Shown in pieces: positions 60,187 to 64,000 of a stretch of DNA of 64,000 bases (positions are counted from its first letter, which is position 1; the number at the start of each line of letters is the position of its first letter). The notes under the pieces are model-generated. The model worked only from the letters and a program-made list of their open reading frames with translations, was not told the DNA's origin and did no database searches. Source of the DNA: Desulfobacterales bacterium. GTDB lineage: Bacteria > Desulfobacterota > Desulfobacteria > Desulfobacterales > SpSt-501. The stretch spans positions 514 through 64,513 of the forward strand of contig DATITS010000059.1 in assembly GCA_035467535.1 (NCBI GenBank), given 5' to 3'. The position numbers and the translations under genes are program-made.

Positions 60187-61569
60187 TTAACTGGACTCGG
60201 CTGATCCAGGTGAAATGTTGGCGACGTTGGCCCGAGCGAGCACCGCGCGACGGACAAGGTCGATGTGGTCGCGCAGCGTATAGGCTTCGCTCGCGTAACA
60301 GGCCGGTGTGCGCACGCCTTCGACGGCATGTTCGATACGATCGAGGTCGCGCAGCCACTGGTCGATCGGCGGGAGGTCCTGCCTTGAGCCGACATCGCGC
60401 TCGATCAGCGCCAGTTCGCCGTACCAGCGATAGATGCGCGAGCGCATTCGCCAGCGTATGAATTTCGGGATGTAGCTGAGCAGAGGAGGCAAAACGACCA
60501 GCATCGGCACGAGCAGGATGATTGCCCGTTCGAGGAAGGCCGCTACCCGGAACGGCAAGTAGTTGTATACCGCACTCGCCCCGTAGCGTCGGTAATTGTC
60601 CGCGTGCAGCGATACGCGCAAGTCAATGGGTGCGGTATTGGGAAACTCGCCCGCTGCCTTAAATTCGTCCTGCTCGGCGTGGATTTCGCGCGCGGCATCG
60701 ACCAGGAGGTTGATGATCGCCGGGTGCAGTCCGTCGCGCGCCGCAAGCATGGCCTTCGTGCCGATCAGCGACACCTGCTGCTGGGGCACGTTCCGTTCAA
60801 GATCGATAGTGCCTTCCGACAGCGTGAGTCGGGAGATGTGCGGCCACCGATGCGCGTAAGCTTCGGCCCGCGGCAGGCTCATCAGCTTCAACGCCGGATC
60901 GTTGAGCGCGTCCCGGACAAATGGGGTATCCACGCCTCCCACGTAGAACATGACATCGACGTCGCCCCGCCGCAGCGCGGCCAGCGCCTCGGGTCCGTTG
61001 AGCGGCACCCGGGGCGTGGAGCCCACATCAAGCCCATTCGCGACCAGCAGGGGTTCGGTGGAGGCATGGGTGCCTGTCCCCGGACCGCCGTTGGAGATCC
61101 GGCGTCCCTTGAACTCGCGAATCTCGGTCGGCGCATCGCTGACGCGATGAAAAATCCACAGCGGCTCGTAAAAAAGGCTGATCAGCATCACCAGACCGTC
61201 GGTACGCGGCGGCTGCTTGAGTCCGCCCTGCACGAACGCGACCTCCACGCCAGAGGCGGGATCCAGCAGCAACTCGATGTTTTCACCCGCGCCCGAACTG
61301 CGCTTCAGCTCGACCTCGATGCCGTTGCGCGCCAGGAGTTCCCGGTAGCGCAGCGCGTGCTGGTGGTAGAGGCCGAATTCGGGGCCAGAAGCCAGAACGA
61401 TGCGCCGTGGCGGCGCGGGTATCGGGAACTGGATCGATACCCAGAGCGTCGCGCCGACCAGCACGACCGCCAGCAACAACGTTCGGATTGATAGGAACCC
61501 ACTTTTGGCAGGCCGCAGCTGCCCGAGGGCATGATTGCGGTCCTGCCGCCCGTCTGCCCAAAATCCCAT
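60187..61569 (-). CDS. TAXI-family TRAP-type solute-binding protein with N- and C-terminal TM segments
   Basis: RRIVLASGPEFGLYHQHALRYRELLARNGIEVELKRSSGAGENIELL...ISNGGPGTGTH...; a C-terminal TM helix and tail follow. The start MGFWADG (61569) follows AAAGGAGA. Confidence 0.7.
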   Translation of the reverse strand: MGFWADGRQDRNHALGQLRPAKSGFLSIRTLLLAVVLVGATLWVSIQFPIPAPPRRIVLASGPEFGLYHQHALRYRELLARNGIEVELKRSSGAGENIELLLDPASGVEVAFVQGGLKQPPRTDGLVMLISLFYEPLWIFHRVSDAPTEIREFKGRRISNGGPGTGTHASTEPLLVANGLDVGSTPRVPLNGPEALAALRRGDVDVMFYVGGVDTPFVRDALNDPALKLMSLPRAEAYAHRWPHISRLTLSEGTIDLERNVPQQQVSLIGTKAMLAARDGLHPAIINLLVDAAREIHAEQDEFKAAGEFPNTAPIDLRVSLHADNYRRYGASAVYNYLPFRVAAFLERAIILLVPMLVVLPPLLSYIPKFIRWRMRSRIYRWYGELALIERDVGSRQDLPPIDQWLRDLDRIEHAVEGVRTPACYASEAYTLRDHIDLVRRAVLARANVANISPGSAESS

Positions 61570-62149
61570 GGGTTGTCTCCTTTGGAAGCTCCGTTTTGAG
61601 GACCGTGAACGTGAACACCCTGATTTAACCGGCAGCATCGGCCCTTCATCTTGAATAGCAACCCACCGATGAAAGGTCAACTCACAACAATTTTACGATA
61701 GCGGTCATCCCCCCCCCCGGACATCACCCCCTGTACAGCCTCGATCCAATTCTCTTGAATGTGGAAACCACGGAGGCCTTCCGTCCCCTCGATTGAGCGC
61801 TTCAGTCGGGCGCAAACGGACGGCGGCGAAATCTTGCCGAACGACCAATGAGTGGGCAACGACGCATTATTACAAAATCACGGCGCGCCTTTTATTTCTC
61901 TTTCGGTTTTGCCGCTGCCATCGCTTTCGCCCGGGATTCCTCTTCCTGCTGGATCACGGCCAATGCCGCGGCCGGACCAATTTAATTCGTGCCTGCAACG
62001 AATCCTGACTCTGGCAGAAGTGGATTGGGATTAGCAGATGAAATGTGCAGCTTTAAAAGTTACTGGCTTAGTTTGGGTCGGCGGGCCGGCAGGTCGATCA
62101 GGTCTTGAGATAGTTTTCGTTTTTCAACGCCTTGATCGTACGTCATTGC

Positions 62150-62536
62150 CTATCTTTTCAAGCAGGTTCCGTAGTATTGAGACGGAAGGATCTCGCCCTC
62201 GACGATGATATTGCGGCTGTGGACGGATTTCCCGGAAGGGTCGATGGTGGTCGTTAGGACCTTGCCCCCGTCGATCATCTCGATGAACGTCATGCCCCCG
62301 CTCGGGGAATACAACATCTCGACATCGAAACTGCCTTTGCTGCCGATCGTTTTAGCCGTCTCCTTCGCGGTGTCGACGGCAAAGACGAGTTTGAACTCCT
62401 CCGGCATCTTATGGTTGCCCTTCTTGTCGCTGTAGCTCTGATACTGGCAGGCGTAGGTAATCGTGTCACAAAGTGCAGGGATGGGTACCAGGCAGAGGAA
62501 AGCTGCGAGCATCAGGATTGTCACGGCCGGTCTCAT
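62150..62536 (-). CDS. Exported hypothetical protein
   Basis: The 128-aa protein has a signal peptide (MRPAVTILMLAAFLCLVPIPALC). AAGGGGGAAAG precedes the ATG. I recognise no family. Confidence 0.5.
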   Translation of the reverse strand: MRPAVTILMLAAFLCLVPIPALCDTITYACQYQSYSDKKGNHKMPEEFKLVFAVDTAKETAKTIGSKGSFDVEMLYSPSGGMTFIEMIDGGKVLTTTIDPSGKSVHSRNIIVEGEILPSQYYGTCLKR

Positions 62537-62570
62537 CGTTCAGGCTTTCCCCCTTCATGCAAGGTTCGGG

Positions 62571-63059
62571 CTAAGGTGCCGGCCAGCCCATGATCGGCAC
62601 CGTACTGAGGCTGTTCTGCGGGCTGCCCGCGAGGACGCGGTCGCTGTACGACACGTACACCAGCACGTTGCGCTCGCGGTCGTAGAAGCGCACGACCTGC
62701 AGCGTCTTGAACACCAGGCTGCGGTGCTCGTCGAAGACCCGCTCGCCGTCCTTGAGCTCCCCGAGAATGCGGATCGGGCCGATCTGGCGGCAGGCGATGC
62801 TGGCGTCACTCGTGTCTTCCGCGGCACCGATGGCGCCTTTAACGCCTCCCGTTTGCGCCCGTGAGATGTGGCAGGCGACCCCCTGGACTTTGGGGTCGTC
62901 GAAGCCGTCGACCACGATCTTGTCGTTGGGGCCGAGCCAGCGGAAATTCGTGCTGACCGAGCCGGTCGTCCCGCGGTCGGGACGGCTGACAACCCACCAT
63001 CCGAATCCCCCCGCCGCCAGAAGAATCAGTGCACCGATGGTAATGCCGATTTTTTTCAT
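62571..63059 (-). CDS. creA: CreA family protein
   Basis: An N-terminal TM/signal segment is followed by DDPKVQGVACHISRAQTGG, SDASIACRQIGPI and VFKTLQVVRFYDRERNVLVYVSYSDRVLAGSPQNSLSTVP. Confidence 0.75.
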   Translation of the reverse strand: MKKIGITIGALILLAAGGFGWWVVSRPDRGTTGSVSTNFRWLGPNDKIVVDGFDDPKVQGVACHISRAQTGGVKGAIGAAEDTSDASIACRQIGPIRILGELKDGERVFDEHRSLVFKTLQVVRFYDRERNVLVYVSYSDRVLAGSPQNSLSTVPIMGWPAP

Positions 63060-63064
63060 CCTGA

Positions 63065-64000
63065 CTACCTCCCTGCTTCCAGATTGAGCGCGGCGCTCAC
63101 CGAGTCTTTCTCGTCGACCGCGGCCGAGGGCTTCACTTCGATGCGTTCGGCCGGGATCTGTCCGGCTGCGCTCAGCTCGGCGACGATGGCTTGCGCCCGG
63201 GCGTCGGCCAGCTGGGTCAGCTCGGGGTCGCCGATCGGTTCGGCATCCGCCAGCCGCGCAAACATGGTCTTCGCAAGCTGACCCGGGTCCCTGGGCTCGC
63301 CTTCCGCCGCGGATGCAGCGCCCTTGGCAGCCGCCTCCTTCTTGGCCTTGTCTTCCGCCGCTTTCTGTTCATCCTTGAGCGCTTTGAGGGCGTCGCTGCC
63401 GAAGCGCTCAGCGAACATGACCTCCAGGGCTTTGCCGGTGTCCGGGTTGCCGAAATCCACCGGCCCGGGTTCAGTGCTTCGTCGGAGCTTTCGCCCGAGA
63501 CTGACGGCCAGCGTGCGGCGCAAACTGGCGGTGCGCAGCTCCCTCAGATCGGTTTCGGGATTGTAGCGGCCCTGCACGACGAGCTTCAGCTGCGGCCGTT
63601 TCTGCAGCGCTTCCCCGAGCTTGGCGAGCTTCTCCTTTTCCGGCGGCGGAACATCGGGCCGGCCGGGCTCGAAGGCCACGGAGTTGAACGATTCCTCTCC
63701 TCCGCCGGGCACAAGCGCCCCCAGGGCTCGGAAGGGGCTGGTGACGATCTTGGTGAGCAGGTTGGTGAAGGCTTTCCATACCACCGCGCCGAAACTGAAC
63801 TCGGGAGAGTCCAGATCGCCCTTGACCGGCAGACCGAGATCGATGACGCCGTTGGAGTCCTCGAGCAGCGCGATGGCGAGATCCAGCGGCAGGTCCATGG
63901 CCTCCGGGCTTTCCACTTTTTGGCCGAGGACCAGGCGCTCCACGACGATCTGGTTGTCACCTGCAAGCTGCCTTTGGGCAACCTTGTACTTCAGGTTCAC
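63065..64000 (-). CDS. DUF748 domain protein, C-terminal part; the 5' end lies beyond the window end
   Basis: DLPLDLAIALLEDSNGVIDLGLPVKGDLDSPEFSFGAVVWKAFTNLLTKIVTSPFRALG is followed by a Lys/Ala/Glu-rich tail. The frame is open to the window edge. Confidence 0.65.
   Translation of the reverse strand: MNLKYKVAQRQLAGDNQIVVERLVLGQKVESPEAMDLPLDLAIALLEDSNGVIDLGLPVKGDLDSPEFSFGAVVWKAFTNLLTKIVTSPFRALGALVPGGGEESFNSVAFEPGRPDVPPPEKEKLAKLGEALQKRPQLKLVVQGRYNPETDLRELRTASLRRTLAVSLGRKLRRSTEPGPVDFGNPDTGKALEVMFAERFGSDALKALKDEQKAAEDKAKKEAAAKGAASAAEGEPRDPGQLAKTMFARLADAEPIGDPELTQLADARAQAIVAELSAAGQIPAERIEVKPSAAVDEKDSVSAALNLEAGR

Noticed and set aside
61677-62149. Small ORFs 61677..61859 (-), 61793..62008 (+) and 61852..62034 (+), and a 29-codon Lys/Ala-rich tail reading on the - strand near 61885-61975
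   Set aside because: No RBS, no recognisable family and odd composition. I treat this as the non-coding promoter region of the TAXI gene, possibly with a tiny gene remnant.

Overview
This is a 64-kb, gene-dense, mostly high-GC bacterial chromosomal segment. I see no rRNA, tRNA, CRISPR, transposase, integrase or phage genes. The gene content includes TTT and TRAP carboxylate transporters, a four-subunit 2-oxoacid:ferredoxin oxidoreductase, a 4-hydroxybutyryl-CoA-dehydratase-like Fe-S enzyme, a sigma-54 activator, and in-frame TGA codons at redox cysteines. That reads like an anaerobic, selenocysteine-using deltaproteobacterium (Desulfobacterales-like), but the taxonomy is only a guess. Layout: (i) 1-3.2 kb holds small genes plus three decayed gene remnants. 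(ii) 3.2-14.1 kb is a GntR-controlled divergent locus. One arm has an HpcH-type aldolase, a 2-hydroxyacid dehydrogenase, a DapA-like enzyme and hydroxypyruvate isomerase; the other arm has tctBAC, a URO-D-like::B12-binding fusion and a LarA_N/DUF2088 protein. (iii) 14.2-17.6 kb holds ornithine carbamoyltransferase, carbamate kinase and a COG2403 GTPase. (iv) 17.9-26 kb holds mixed redox and transport genes, including two CMD/AhpD-fold selenoprotein candidates (C-x-x-U and U-x-x-U). (v) 26.1-32.1 kb holds a perfect sigma-54 promoter, an ACAD-fold protein lacking both catalytic glutamates, a class III CoA-transferase, a PrpR-type activator and an MFS transporter. (vi) 34.5-43.5 kb is a second GntR/TTT/DUF2088 locus with a Zn-ADH, an IlvD-family dehydratase and an RraA-family protein. 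(vii) 43.8-49.3 kb holds panB, an unknown Cys-rich protein, a 4Fe-4S fusion protein and TRAP dctPQM. (viii) 49.6-59.1 kb holds an amidohydrolase, a beta-hydroxyacid dehydrogenase, a GntR regulator and a KdaD-like FAH protein, convergent with an operon of Ldh_2 dehydrogenase, OFOR delta/alpha/beta/gamma and an AbfD-like enzyme. (ix) 59.1-64 kb holds gene remnants, a TAXI-family protein, CreA and DUF748. A family of intergenic palindromic repeats runs through the window; it includes two complete 143-bp MITE-like copies. All functional calls rest on my recognition of translated motifs, since no searches were possible.
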